Part shown: one piece after another, positions 26,867 to 35,405 of the stretch
How positions within the stretch are numbered: position 1 is the stretch's first letter
How the letters are laid out: each line of letters opens with the position of its first letter
Source of the DNA: an uncultured Deferribacteres bacterium
GTDB taxonomy: Bacteria; Zhuqueibacterota; Zhuqueibacteria; Zhuqueibacterales; Geothermadaptataceae
Reading direction: 5' to 3'
Length of the DNA stretch: 36,576 nt
Assembly (NCBI GenBank): GCA_964014485.1
Contig: CAXHAT010000068.1
Span: 1 to 36,576 of the forward strand
Made by a program: the position numbers and the translations under genes
The notes under the pieces: generated by a model
The model's database searches: none
Told to the model about the DNA's origin: nothing
The model's input: only the letters and a program-made list of their open reading frames with translations

Positions 26867-27037
26867 GTCAAATTTTCAGGCTTCGCACTTTCAAGCAAAG
26901 TTATCCCGGTAAACAGCAGTATAACGTTTTTTGTTCCGATTAATCAAACCATGTTTGAAATTGATTGATTCTATTGTGTAACCGCGTTTACATGCTTTTC
27001 AAGAAATCATCTCGAACAAATTCTTGCGTCGTCCTTC

Positions 27038-27736
27038 GTGAAAAACACCTTATTCTCTCCTGTTTTCCACTCCTGGTGCGTTCATTTTTACACCAGTCTT
27101 GGCCTAATTTTTTCCTTGCTCGCCGTTAACGCCGTCGTTGACAAGAGCGCGATGAACGTTGCAGTTTTTATGGCTTTTGCAATGTTTATCGACGGCACGG
27201 ACGGCGTGCTGGCGCGGAAATTCAACGTCTCCAAATGGACGCCGAATTTTAACGGACGAAAACTTGACGATATCATCGATTATTTAAACTACACCTTCAT
27301 CCCTGTTTTCTTCATTTATCAATTCGACTTATTGAGCGCCTCTTGGAAATTAGTTTTGTTTTTCGTCCTGCTCGCTTCGGCGTATGGCTTCTGTAACGAG
27401 GAGGCAAAAACGGAAGACGGCTTCTTTACCGGCTTCCCCTCCTATTGGAATGTTGTTGCGCTCTATCTCTTCTGGCTCGATTGGCCGGATTGGTTCGCCG
27501 GCGCGCTCATTCTTTTCCTGGCCATGCTCACTTTCGTCCCGAGCAAGTACATCTCTCTCAACCAAACGCTGCAACTCAAAAAACTCAACAAAATATTCTT
27601 TATCGCTTGGGCGATCTACCTGGCCGTTCTTCTTTTACAATTTGAAACAGTTGATAAAAGACTCGCCTGGCTTTCACTGACATACCCGTTATTTTACTTG
27701 TCCGCGTCAGTCTATCTCAACTTCAAATCATCGTGA
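27038..27736 (+). CDS. pcs: Phosphatidylcholine synthase (CDP-alcohol phosphatidyltransferase family)
   Basis: DG-VL-AR-KFNVSKWT-P-NFN-G-RKL-D-DII-D matches the Pcs-type motif DGx2ARx8Px3Gx3Dx3D. Also VHFYT and KTEDGFFTGFPSYWN, with multiple TM segments. Confidence 0.85.
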   Translation: MKNTLFSPVFHSWCVHFYTSLGLIFSLLAVNAVVDKSAMNVAVFMAFAMFIDGTDGVLARKFNVSKWTPNFNGRKLDDIIDYLNYTFIPVFFIYQFDLLSASWKLVLFFVLLASAYGFCNEEAKTEDGFFTGFPSYWNVVALYLFWLDWPDWFAGALILFLAMLTFVPSKYISLNQTLQLKKLNKIFFIAWAIYLAVLLLQFETVDKRLAWLSLTYPLFYLSASVYLNFKSS

Positions 27737-27797
27737 ACGATTTTAGAGTGCGCGTGTATTGCCTTAAGAAACACGCAGCATAAAAAGGCGAGAACTC

Positions 27798-28937
27798 ATG
27801 CGAATCAGCAAAACAAACTTTTTCCTAATCACTTTTTTCTGTTGGGCGGGCGCCGTTTGCGCACGGCAAACTGAAGAGCCGGAAAAGGTCTACCGAACGT
27901 ATTACATACTAAAACCGCAAGAATGGTATCAAAAGCAAGCTGAGTTGTGGCAAGAACAAGTTCAGCGAACTCCTGAGGATACGGAAGCATGGCGCAACTA
28001 CTACCTTGCTTCAGATTACGCTGGCGGTGGCGGGGAGCTCGCGAAAAAAATACTCGAGGAAATGTCCGGTCACGTCGCGGATTCCTACGAATTTTTGTAC
28101 CTGAAGGCGAGAAATTCCTGGGGGGCGGAAAAGCAGAAATTGGTCGAAAAAGCGCACGCTAGGAATCCGGACGGACGCGACGTTTGGTACAGCCTTTTGC
28201 ATTTGAATAAGATTAACAACAATTTGGCTGAAGCTCGACGATTTGCCGAGAAAATCTACCTCAGCGACGATATTTCACCCGCGCTATATGATTACAATTT
28301 CAACATGCTCAACGGACTCGAAGAAAACGCCGTTTTGTTCACCTTTGGCGACGCCGACACCTATCCGGCGTGGATACTGCAAGATGCGAAAGAAGTTCGC
28401 CCGGACGTCACCGTCATAAATTTGCACTTGGCCTGCGCTTACCCCGATTACTTCCAGCGTCTCCTCGACGAAAAATCCATTACATTGGAAGCCAAGGCGT
28501 TTTCAAAACTGGAAAGAAAAGACGTCATTTCAAATTTCGCCGTTGAAATTGCTCAGAAGCATCCTGAGCAAACGCTCTACATTGCTTCGACCGCCAACCT
28601 TGATTTAGCCGACGCGATTAGAGAAAATCTGTATCTCGTCGGACTGGCGTACCGCTTTTCAAAAGAAAAATTCGACGTCATCCCAAATATCAGCCAAAAC
28701 CTGTCAAACGCTCGTCTTGACTATCTAACCAGTCCGCTGGGCTATGAACACCATGTGATGCAAGAAACTCTGATGCCCAGCCTGAATGCAAATTATATCA
28801 GCCCCATAACCACGCTTGCTAGACATTTTAAGGAAAACGGAAATTCTTCCGCTTACCAACGCTGGAAAAACCTGGCTTTAAAAATTGCCCTGGCAAGCGG
28901 AAACGCCAATTATCTGCAATACGTACGGGAATTATAA
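27798..28937 (+). CDS. Secreted protein: TPR-like helical N-terminus plus DUF2723/TMEM260-like extracytoplasmic domain
   Basis: Signal peptide, TPR-like PEDTEAWRNYY and NPDGRDVWYSL, and YNFNMLNGLEENAVLFTFGDADTYPAWILQ...RPDVTVINL, which resembles the post-membrane domain of DUF2723 proteins. Confidence 0.7.
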   Translation: MRISKTNFFLITFFCWAGAVCARQTEEPEKVYRTYYILKPQEWYQKQAELWQEQVQRTPEDTEAWRNYYLASDYAGGGGELAKKILEEMSGHVADSYEFLYLKARNSWGAEKQKLVEKAHARNPDGRDVWYSLLHLNKINNNLAEARRFAEKIYLSDDISPALYDYNFNMLNGLEENAVLFTFGDADTYPAWILQDAKEVRPDVTVINLHLACAYPDYFQRLLDEKSITLEAKAFSKLERKDVISNFAVEIAQKHPEQTLYIASTANLDLADAIRENLYLVGLAYRFSKEKFDVIPNISQNLSNARLDYLTSPLGYEHHVMQETLMPSLNANYISPITTLARHFKENGNSSAYQRWKNLALKIALASGNANYLQYVREL

Positions 28938-28941
28938 AAAC

Positions 28942-29541
28942 TTGAACCGCGCAGAAATTACAGACGAAAAACTCATGACCGCGCTCGCTCACGGCGATAC
29001 GAAAGCGTTCGATCATCTTTACGAACGTTATTCCAATCGCCTGCTCTACTATTTTTTCCGAATGCTCGGTCAGAACGAAGCAAAAGCGCAGGATTTTCTT
29101 CAGGAAGTTTTTTTGAAAATTATTGAGAAGCCGGAGCTTTACAGGCGCGGCGCGCGGTTTTCGACCTGGATATTTTCCATTGCGCACAACATGTGCAAAA
29201 ATGAATATCGCCGGCTCGAAGTTCGGAAGAAGGTCCACAAAAAGCGCTTTGTAGAAGCCGTCACTCCGGCGGAAGAAAGCTCGGCATACTTTGAGATGGA
29301 AAAATATGTTGACGAGGGCGCTTTTCGGCAGGCGTTATTGACAGAACTGGAAGAATTGGACAGAGAGAAAAGAAGCCTTTTTCTATTGCGTTTTCAGGAA
29401 CGCTTTTCAATCCGTCAAATTAGCAAAGTACTGGATTGCGCTGAAGGTACGGTTAAATCGCGGCTGTTTTATCTGACCAAAAACCTGGCGAAAAAACTGC
29501 AAGCTTACAAAATCATCATTCATGAGAGTGATCATGTCTAA
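28942..29541 (+). CDS. ECF (sigma70 group 4) RNA polymerase sigma factor
   Basis: TDEKLM...GDTKAFDHLYERY, AQDFLQEVF, FSTWIFSIAHNMC, SIRQISKVLDCAEGTVKSRL. Start moved to TTG 28942, just after the upstream stop. Confidence 0.95.
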   Translation: MNRAEITDEKLMTALAHGDTKAFDHLYERYSNRLLYYFFRMLGQNEAKAQDFLQEVFLKIIEKPELYRRGARFSTWIFSIAHNMCKNEYRRLEVRKKVHKKRFVEAVTPAEESSAYFEMEKYVDEGAFRQALLTELEELDREKRSLFLLRFQERFSIRQISKVLDCAEGTVKSRLFYLTKNLAKKLQAYKIIIHESDHV

Positions 29542-30088
29542 AACAAAAAATATCTCGTGTCATGAAGCGGAATCTTTGCTGATTTCCAAATCGCGCGACT
29601 CCATTCGTCAAATTGACGAAAAAGCTTTGCTACAACACATTGAGACTTGCAACGATTGCGCGAATTTAAGAACCGCGATTGGGCAATTTCGCATGGCGCT
29701 GGGAAACGTCGGCAAAAACGGTTTGTCGCCAAATCCGAAAACGCACGCATTTTTGCATAGCCGAAGCAAGGCTTTGCAGCAACAGCCTGCCAAGAGCGTT
29801 TTCTATAGTTTCCGAAAGTCGATTCATCATATTCTGAACATCAAAGTCTCAGTCTATCAAGCCGCGCTGGGCGTAGCGGTCGGCGTTCTGTTTTTTGCAC
29901 TTTTTCAACCTCGGGAAATCGTGCAAGGCGGCGCCGTTCCGCAAAATCTCAGGTTAACGCAAAGCCCGGATTCCGTAAAACACTATCACCACGTCAAAGA
30001 CAGCTTCGACGCCATATTTTTTAAAAGCTCTGGTCAAAAGCTCGAAAAAGACACGCTCTTGGCGCGGTTTCAAGGTTCAGGAGGCTAA
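29534..30088 (+). CDS. Zinc-binding (ZAS, zf-HC2) membrane anti-sigma factor
   Basis: CHEAESLL...HIETCNDC (HxxxCxxC) and one TM helix AALGVAVGVLFFALF. Overlaps the end of the sigma gene. Confidence 0.85.
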   Translation: MSKTKNISCHEAESLLISKSRDSIRQIDEKALLQHIETCNDCANLRTAIGQFRMALGNVGKNGLSPNPKTHAFLHSRSKALQQQPAKSVFYSFRKSIHHILNIKVSVYQAALGVAVGVLFFALFQPREIVQGGAVPQNLRLTQSPDSVKHYHHVKDSFDAIFFKSSGQKLEKDTLLARFQGSGG

Positions 30089-30404
30089 AAAAAGCGTCCA
30101 TTGGATTTTGTCAACAACGAGGAGCATTGGATTGTTGATGTTTGATTTTGTACTGGTCCGGACGTCTCAAATCCAGTCGCTCCACATTTGTTAAAAATGC
30201 CGCCGCAGTTTTTTTTGCAGCCATCACCCGCCCTCGCATTCAAATAAAATTCTCTTCTTAACCGCCGACTTAACTCACTCTTCATCGCCCGTTTATAACG
30301 ATTTCAAACGTCTCCTGTATACTCCGTCCAACTATAACAATACTCCGCTATTCTCCAATGAGACGGAGAACAACTGAACCTAATACAAATACAGGTGAAG
30401 CCCA

Positions 30405-30839
30405 ATGATTGAAAGAACGCGATCTCTACGCTATTCCTTCATGTTAAGCGATCATCGAATCGAAGGTCTCGAGCCGATTGTTTCCATTAACTTCGACGCC
30501 AATTCAACGTCCAGAGAAGTCAAAATTGTTTTAGAAGGCATTATCATCGGCGACAGTTCCGAGCGTCTGGCGGAATTTTTTGATGAAATTGCAGACTTGC
30601 AAGGCCGGTACTGGCGCGTGAATATGCGAAAATTGAAAGTGATGAGCTACGAGGCCGCCTACACGTTGGTCGCTTTTGCCAAAATGTTGAAGCGAAGAGG
30701 CGTACGCCTTGAAATTGAATCCGTTCACGAAAATGTTCTTGATATGATGCGTCTTCTGAATATCGAGGAAGTTTTCAGTTGGTCTGGGGAAGCCATGGCT
30801 TTTCACGGCTTGAAATCTTACGAAATGGTCCCGGCCTAA
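30405..30839 (+). CDS. STAS-domain protein (anti-sigma antagonist-like)
   Basis: IVLEGII...SSERL, VNMRKLKVMSYEAAYTLV, LKRRGVRLEI, VHENVLDMMRLLNIEEVF follow the STAS fold pattern. Confidence 0.7.
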   Translation: MIERTRSLRYSFMLSDHRIEGLEPIVSINFDANSTSREVKIVLEGIIIGDSSERLAEFFDEIADLQGRYWRVNMRKLKVMSYEAAYTLVAFAKMLKRRGVRLEIESVHENVLDMMRLLNIEEVFSWSGEAMAFHGLKSYEMVPA

Positions 30840-30901
30840 CCCGGCGGCTTTAAACTCGTTTTGCAAAGTTCACAGCACCACACCATGGAGTCACACTCGC
30901 A

Positions 30902-31750
30902 ATGAATGGCAAAACATTTTATAAGCATCGGCTCTTGCGACTTACCAAAGTGAAAAAGTTTCACGTTATTGGCTGTTCCCGCTCAGGCACGACAATGATG
31001 TTTTACGCTATGAGTGCATTTGAAAACGCTCACCTCTTTGAAAAAGAGACGCGCCCTTGGATGCAGCCTGAATTTAAGCGCACCGTCGAGTTCTTGTTAA
31101 ATCCCGCCCATTTTTATCGTCCAATCAACTATTTCACCAAACGACACAGCCAATGGTGGACGAAAGAAAACGTTCAAGCAATGTATCGTCACGCTCTCGA
31201 AAATGGCGCAACGCTCCTCCACATCGTCCGCGATCCCAGAGATGTTTTGACAAGCAGCCACCCGCTTGATTTCAAGGAATACTACATTTCCCCAGAGCAC
31301 TGGCGGCGCAGCATTGAAGCCGGAGAGGAACTCTCGGAAACCCTTGAAGACCTCGGCTCCATGATCACAATTCGCTATGAAGATCTGATTCAGAACCCGC
31401 GCGCGGTTGAAGCTCTGCTGGCTTTAAAATTCGATTTTCGGTTGAAGTGGGACGCACGAGGGCTCGAGCATTTACAAGAAAACGTAGCAATCAGCGGCGT
31501 TTCCGGGACGATGATTTCAAACATGCACAGACTTAGAAATTTCGATCCGTCAACGATTGGCCGCTGGCGAACCGATCCGCGCAAAACGTCATATCTCGAC
31601 CGTGTTTTCTCAAACGATTCAATCAGTAGAGACTTACACTGGTTTATGAAAAAATTCGGTTATCGGGACGATGACGGCGGAATAAACTCATTAAACTCGC
31701 GGACGCCAAAGCCGCTTGAGACAGCGCACTCCGGCTTCTCCTTCAACTGA
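30902..31750 (+). CDS. Sulfotransferase family protein
   Basis: 5'-PSB loop VIGCSRSGTT, 3'-PB motif IVRDPRDVLTS, IRYEDLIQNP, IGRWR. Confidence 0.88.
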   Translation: MNGKTFYKHRLLRLTKVKKFHVIGCSRSGTTMMFYAMSAFENAHLFEKETRPWMQPEFKRTVEFLLNPAHFYRPINYFTKRHSQWWTKENVQAMYRHALENGATLLHIVRDPRDVLTSSHPLDFKEYYISPEHWRRSIEAGEELSETLEDLGSMITIRYEDLIQNPRAVEALLALKFDFRLKWDARGLEHLQENVAISGVSGTMISNMHRLRNFDPSTIGRWRTDPRKTSYLDRVFSNDSISRDLHWFMKKFGYRDDDGGINSLNSRTPKPLETAHSGFSFN

Positions 31751-31799
31751 TCTTGTATGCGAACATCGAACGGCAGCAAGGAGCGTCAAGAGTAATTTT

Positions 31800-31850
31800 C
31801 TCACATGAACTTAACAAACCTTTGTCACGAGTTTATCGCTTGTTTATACT
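31800..31850 (+). promoter_or_regulatory. Sigma70-type promoter TTGTCA-N17-TATACT preceded by 11-bp-spaced Pho-box-like repeats
   Basis: CTCACA (31800), TTAACA (31811), TTGTCA (31822, also the -35). -10 TATACT at 31845-31850. Confidence 0.55.
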
Positions 31851-32053
31851 GCTTTCATCACCCAGTTTTACCTTGAAACCGTCGCTTGATCTTAAACCCG
31901 ATGTTACGCGCTTTGTCCCAAAACAGCGCCGCCTTCAATAACACAAACGGCCAGTCTTACCAGAAACAGGGAGGCTCTTCCAGAACGTTTTCTTATCAAT
32001 CAACATGCACAAGACAATGATCAAAGGAAAAGAGAAAGAGAAAGGAGCAGGAG

Positions 32054-33952
32054 ATGACCATTCGACAATTAAAAAAACTGACGCTTATCGGACTCGCATT
32101 TTGTTCTTTAACAATGAGTGCAAATCTGTTTTCACAAAACAGTATTCGCTTGCGTTCGCTCGACGCTTACCATACCGGAATTTTCGATGACGGCGCGGCT
32201 GAAATCGTCGCCCACGATCCGGAAACACAACGTTTGTTTGTTGTTAACGGCGGAGAAGGAGCCATTGACGTTTACGGCATTGCTGATCCGTACGACATTA
32301 CAAAACTTTTTAGCATAGACGTCACGCCATACGGCAAGCAAGCCAACAGTGTGGACGTCTACGACGAAGTCGTTGCCGCAGCCATTGAAAACGATGACAA
32401 GCAGGCTCCTGGCTTCGTTGTGTTTTTTGACAATGATGGAAATTACATCAACCAACTCACTGTCGGGGCGCTGCCGGACATGCTGACTTTCACGCCGAAC
32501 GGCAAGGCCATACTCGTCGCAAATGAAGGCGAGCCAAACGACGATTATACCGTTGATCCCGAAGGTTCGATCAGTATCATCAAAATCGACGAAGAAGATA
32601 TCGAAGACTTGACGCAATCCAATGTTCGAACTCTCGGGTTCTCACAGTACAATAATCAGGTTCTGGATCCGAGCATTCGCGTTTTTGGCCCCGGCGCAAG
32701 TGTTGCGCAGGACTTTGAACCGGAATACATCGCCGTTTCAGAAGACTCAAAAACCGCCTGGGTTGTGATCCAGGAAAATAATGCGATGGCTATCGTTGAT
32801 GTTCGTCGCGGGCGCATTAAAGACGTGGTCGGACTCGGCTTGAAAGATCACAGCATTGAAGGCAACGGCTTTGACGCCAGCAACAGAGACGGCAAAATCG
32901 ACATAAAAACGCATCCGGTCTGGGGCATGTACCAGCCTGACGGGATGGCTTCTTTTAACTATAACGGCAGGCCTTACGTCATCACGATGAACGAAGGCGA
33001 CAGCCGCGAATATGAAGGTGATCCGGGGTTTGTCGACGAAGATCGCATCAAAGACTTTAACCTTGACCCCACAGCTTTTCCAAATGCTGAAGAACTGCAA
33101 GAAGATGAAAATCTTGGCCGTTTGAAAGCAACGATTACGGAGGGCGACTATGACAACGACGGCGATTATGACGCGCTTTATTCCTACGGCGCACGTTCGT
33201 TTTCCATCTGGGATCGATACGGCAATCAGATTTACGACAGCGGCGACGCGTTGGAGCGAATCACTGCACTGGCTCTACCGGACGAGTTCAATTCTACTGA
33301 CGATGAAAACGATTCTTTCGACAATCGCAGCGATGACAAGGGCCCGGAGCCAGAAGGCGTCGCCGTTGCCAGACTCGGCGGCAAAACTTACGCATTTCTT
33401 GGCCTTGAACGGATTGGCGGGATTGTTGTTTATGACGTGAGCAATCCATACGCCCCGGAATTCGTGCAATACATCAATTCGCGCGATTTCAGCGGCGACG
33501 CTGAAGGGGGAACAGCGGGGCCGCTTTCGCCGGAAGGCTTGGAATATATTTCCAAAGACGACAGCCCGATTGATGTGCCATTGCTTGTCGTCGCCTATGA
33601 AGTCAGCGGCTCTGTGGAAGTTTTTGCTGTAGAAAAAGCTGCGGCAAAGACGAGCGACTTCGCTGCCGTTTCACAGACATTGCCGCAATCGTTTGAATTG
33701 CAGCAAAATTTTCCAAATCCGTTTAATCCGAGCACGACGATTTCATTTTCGGTTCCGAAAGACGTTCACGTTAAAATCAAAGTCGTCGATATTCAAGGTC
33801 GCGCCGTGGCGACTCTGATCGACGCGCCTTTCGGGGCCGGGGCGCATCAAGTCAATTTTCAAGCAAATGCCCTGGCCAGCGGGCAATACTTGTACACGCT
33901 CGAAATCAACGGCGTCGTACAGCAAATTCGAAAAATGAACTTGATCAAATAA
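32054..33952 (+). CDS. Secreted choice-of-anchor I family beta-propeller protein (often annotated alkaline phosphatase) with C-terminal sorting/FlgD-like domain
   Basis: AAEIVAHD, VGALPDMLTFTP, VANEGEP, DPEGSISII, EPEYI, QENNA, YQPDG, NEGDSR, GARSFSIW, DNRSDDKGPEPEG, GLERIGG, SPEGL. C-terminal QNFPNPFNPSTTI. RBS AGGAG. Confidence 0.9.
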   Translation: MTIRQLKKLTLIGLAFCSLTMSANLFSQNSIRLRSLDAYHTGIFDDGAAEIVAHDPETQRLFVVNGGEGAIDVYGIADPYDITKLFSIDVTPYGKQANSVDVYDEVVAAAIENDDKQAPGFVVFFDNDGNYINQLTVGALPDMLTFTPNGKAILVANEGEPNDDYTVDPEGSISIIKIDEEDIEDLTQSNVRTLGFSQYNNQVLDPSIRVFGPGASVAQDFEPEYIAVSEDSKTAWVVIQENNAMAIVDVRRGRIKDVVGLGLKDHSIEGNGFDASNRDGKIDIKTHPVWGMYQPDGMASFNYNGRPYVITMNEGDSREYEGDPGFVDEDRIKDFNLDPTAFPNAEELQEDENLGRLKATITEGDYDNDGDYDALYSYGARSFSIWDRYGNQIYDSGDALERITALALPDEFNSTDDENDSFDNRSDDKGPEPEGVAVARLGGKTYAFLGLERIGGIVVYDVSNPYAPEFVQYINSRDFSGDAEGGTAGPLSPEGLEYISKDDSPIDVPLLVVAYEVSGSVEVFAVEKAAAKTSDFAAVSQTLPQSFELQQNFPNPFNPSTTISFSVPKDVHVKIKVVDIQGRAVATLIDAPFGAGAHQVNFQANALASGQYLYTLEINGVVQQIRKMNLIK

Positions 33953-34028
33953 ACCGACTTCTAATCCGCCGCTCGTAAGAATCTCCCTAAACGCTGGTTC
34001 CTAACCTGCGTTTGTCTCCCCCACTCGG

Positions 34029-34067
34029 AAGCGGGCGTTTTGCCAGAGGACGCCCGCTTTTCGTTTT
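34029..34067 (+). terminator. Rho-independent terminator between convergent genes
   Basis: AAGCGGGCGT-TTTGCCAGAGG-ACGCCCGCTT followed by TTCGTTTT. Confidence 0.8.
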
Positions 34068-34124
34068 AGAAACCTTACTTGACGCAACGTTTAGACGTTG
34101 AGGTCTGAACGCTTCGCAAAAACA

Positions 34125-35048
34125 TCAATATCCGCGACGTCGATCCACTTCATGCAATAACGGCCGACCGGCAAGCGTGCGTCCGTAATTTTCAATGATT
34201 TGTGCGGCCACCGACTCGGGATTGGTAGCGGAAGCGATGTGAGGCGTCACGGTAATTTTTGGGTGCGTCCAGAATGGATGTTCCGGCGGCAAAGGCTCCT
34301 CTTGAAAAACGTCCAGCCAAGCACCGGAAAGTTTCTCATTATCGAGCGCTGCCATAAGATCAGCTTCAACAAGATGCTCGCCGCGTGCAGCATTGATCAG
34401 GTAAGCTTTCGGCCGGAGCACATCAAAAATCCGGGCGTTCAAGACACCGCACGTCTGCGCAGTAAGCGGCAGCAGGTTAATTAGATAATCCGTTTCGGCA
34501 AGAACGGCTTCAAGATATCCGCGTCCGGCAAGACAATTGACGCCGTCTAGATTTTTCTTGGTTAAGCTCCAACCGTTAACGCAAAACCCCAAGTAGACAA
34601 AAGCTTTCGCCGTCGCCGCGCCAAGCTGACCAAGACCTAAAATCGTCACGGTTTCATCGGTTTGGCGGTTTAAGTCCAGCCATTTTCTTTCGCTTTGTTG
34701 TCGAGCATAATCTTGCAGGCGGCACTGCCTGCTTAAAACAACGCCGACCACAAACCGCGTCATGTCTTGCACCAAATTTTCATCGACAATTCTAACGACG
34801 CGCAAATTTTGCGGTAAATCGCGATCCTGCAAAATATGATCGACCCCGGCGCCCAAAGATGAGATCGCTTCAAGACCTGAAAGTTGCGTCAAAATCCCCT
34901 TTGGATAGTTCCAGACCACCGCGAAACGGATATCCTCTTCTGCGCCAATATTCGGCCAGACACGCAAGTCAATTTTTGGCGACAGCGCCCGCAGACTATC
35001 TTCCAAGAGGCCCGTCTCACGGCCAGGCATTAAAAGCAAAAGCGCCAT
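34125..35048 (-). CDS. ghrA: Glyoxylate/hydroxypyruvate reductase A-like D-2-hydroxyacid dehydrogenase
   Basis: SLGAGVDH, ILGLGQLG, NLLPLT, LINAARGEH, LDVFQEEPLP, VTPHIAS. Confidence 0.88.
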   Translation of the reverse strand: MALLLLMPGRETGLLEDSLRALSPKIDLRVWPNIGAEEDIRFAVVWNYPKGILTQLSGLEAISSLGAGVDHILQDRDLPQNLRVVRIVDENLVQDMTRFVVGVVLSRQCRLQDYARQQSERKWLDLNRQTDETVTILGLGQLGAATAKAFVYLGFCVNGWSLTKKNLDGVNCLAGRGYLEAVLAETDYLINLLPLTAQTCGVLNARIFDVLRPKAYLINAARGEHLVEADLMAALDNEKLSGAWLDVFQEEPLPPEHPFWTHPKITVTPHIASATNPESVAAQIIENYGRTLAGRPLLHEVDRRRGY

Positions 35049-35339
35049 AACCTCACACCTATTCTCTGTTTTTCCGATGCGTTTTTGGAATCATCACGAG
35101 TTCGCATCCGCGAAATATGTTCGTTGGTTGGAACTTGTCTCGGAGATCACTTAAAAAACGAATGACCAGACGCCAAAGCAATTCATTCGAGATAAAGAAT
35201 CGATTTTCGGTGAAGTAATCTGCGGGGACGCCAGAGAGATGGAGACGTCGAGAGGGCGTTCGTGACGGGAGCCCCTTGAACTGCAAGATCGTTAGGGCGT
35301 TGGTCAAAAGCAAAACGAGGTTTTACTGCATCTGTTGGT

Positions 35340-35393
35340 AAAAAATAATACGGCAATCGGGAAATGCGATTATCCGCCAATTCACGATTGCCG
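35340..35393 (-). terminator. Probable terminator after the last gene
   Basis: 9-bp inverted repeat CGGCAATCG (35351-59) / CGATTGCCG (35385-93) with a partly paired loop, followed on the minus strand by TATTATTTTTT. Confidence 0.5.
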
Positions 35394-35405
35394 ATTTGCG
35401 TCAAA

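Noticed and set aside
30101..30150. Degenerate TT(G/T)GATT(T/G)T(G/T) repeats after the anti-sigma gene
   Set aside because: Irregular spacing and low complexity. Not distinguishable from chance.
35220..35300. 6S RNA or glycine riboswitch candidate
   Set aside because: Only a CCTTGAAC fragment is present without its complementary arm, and there is no glycine aptamer consensus.
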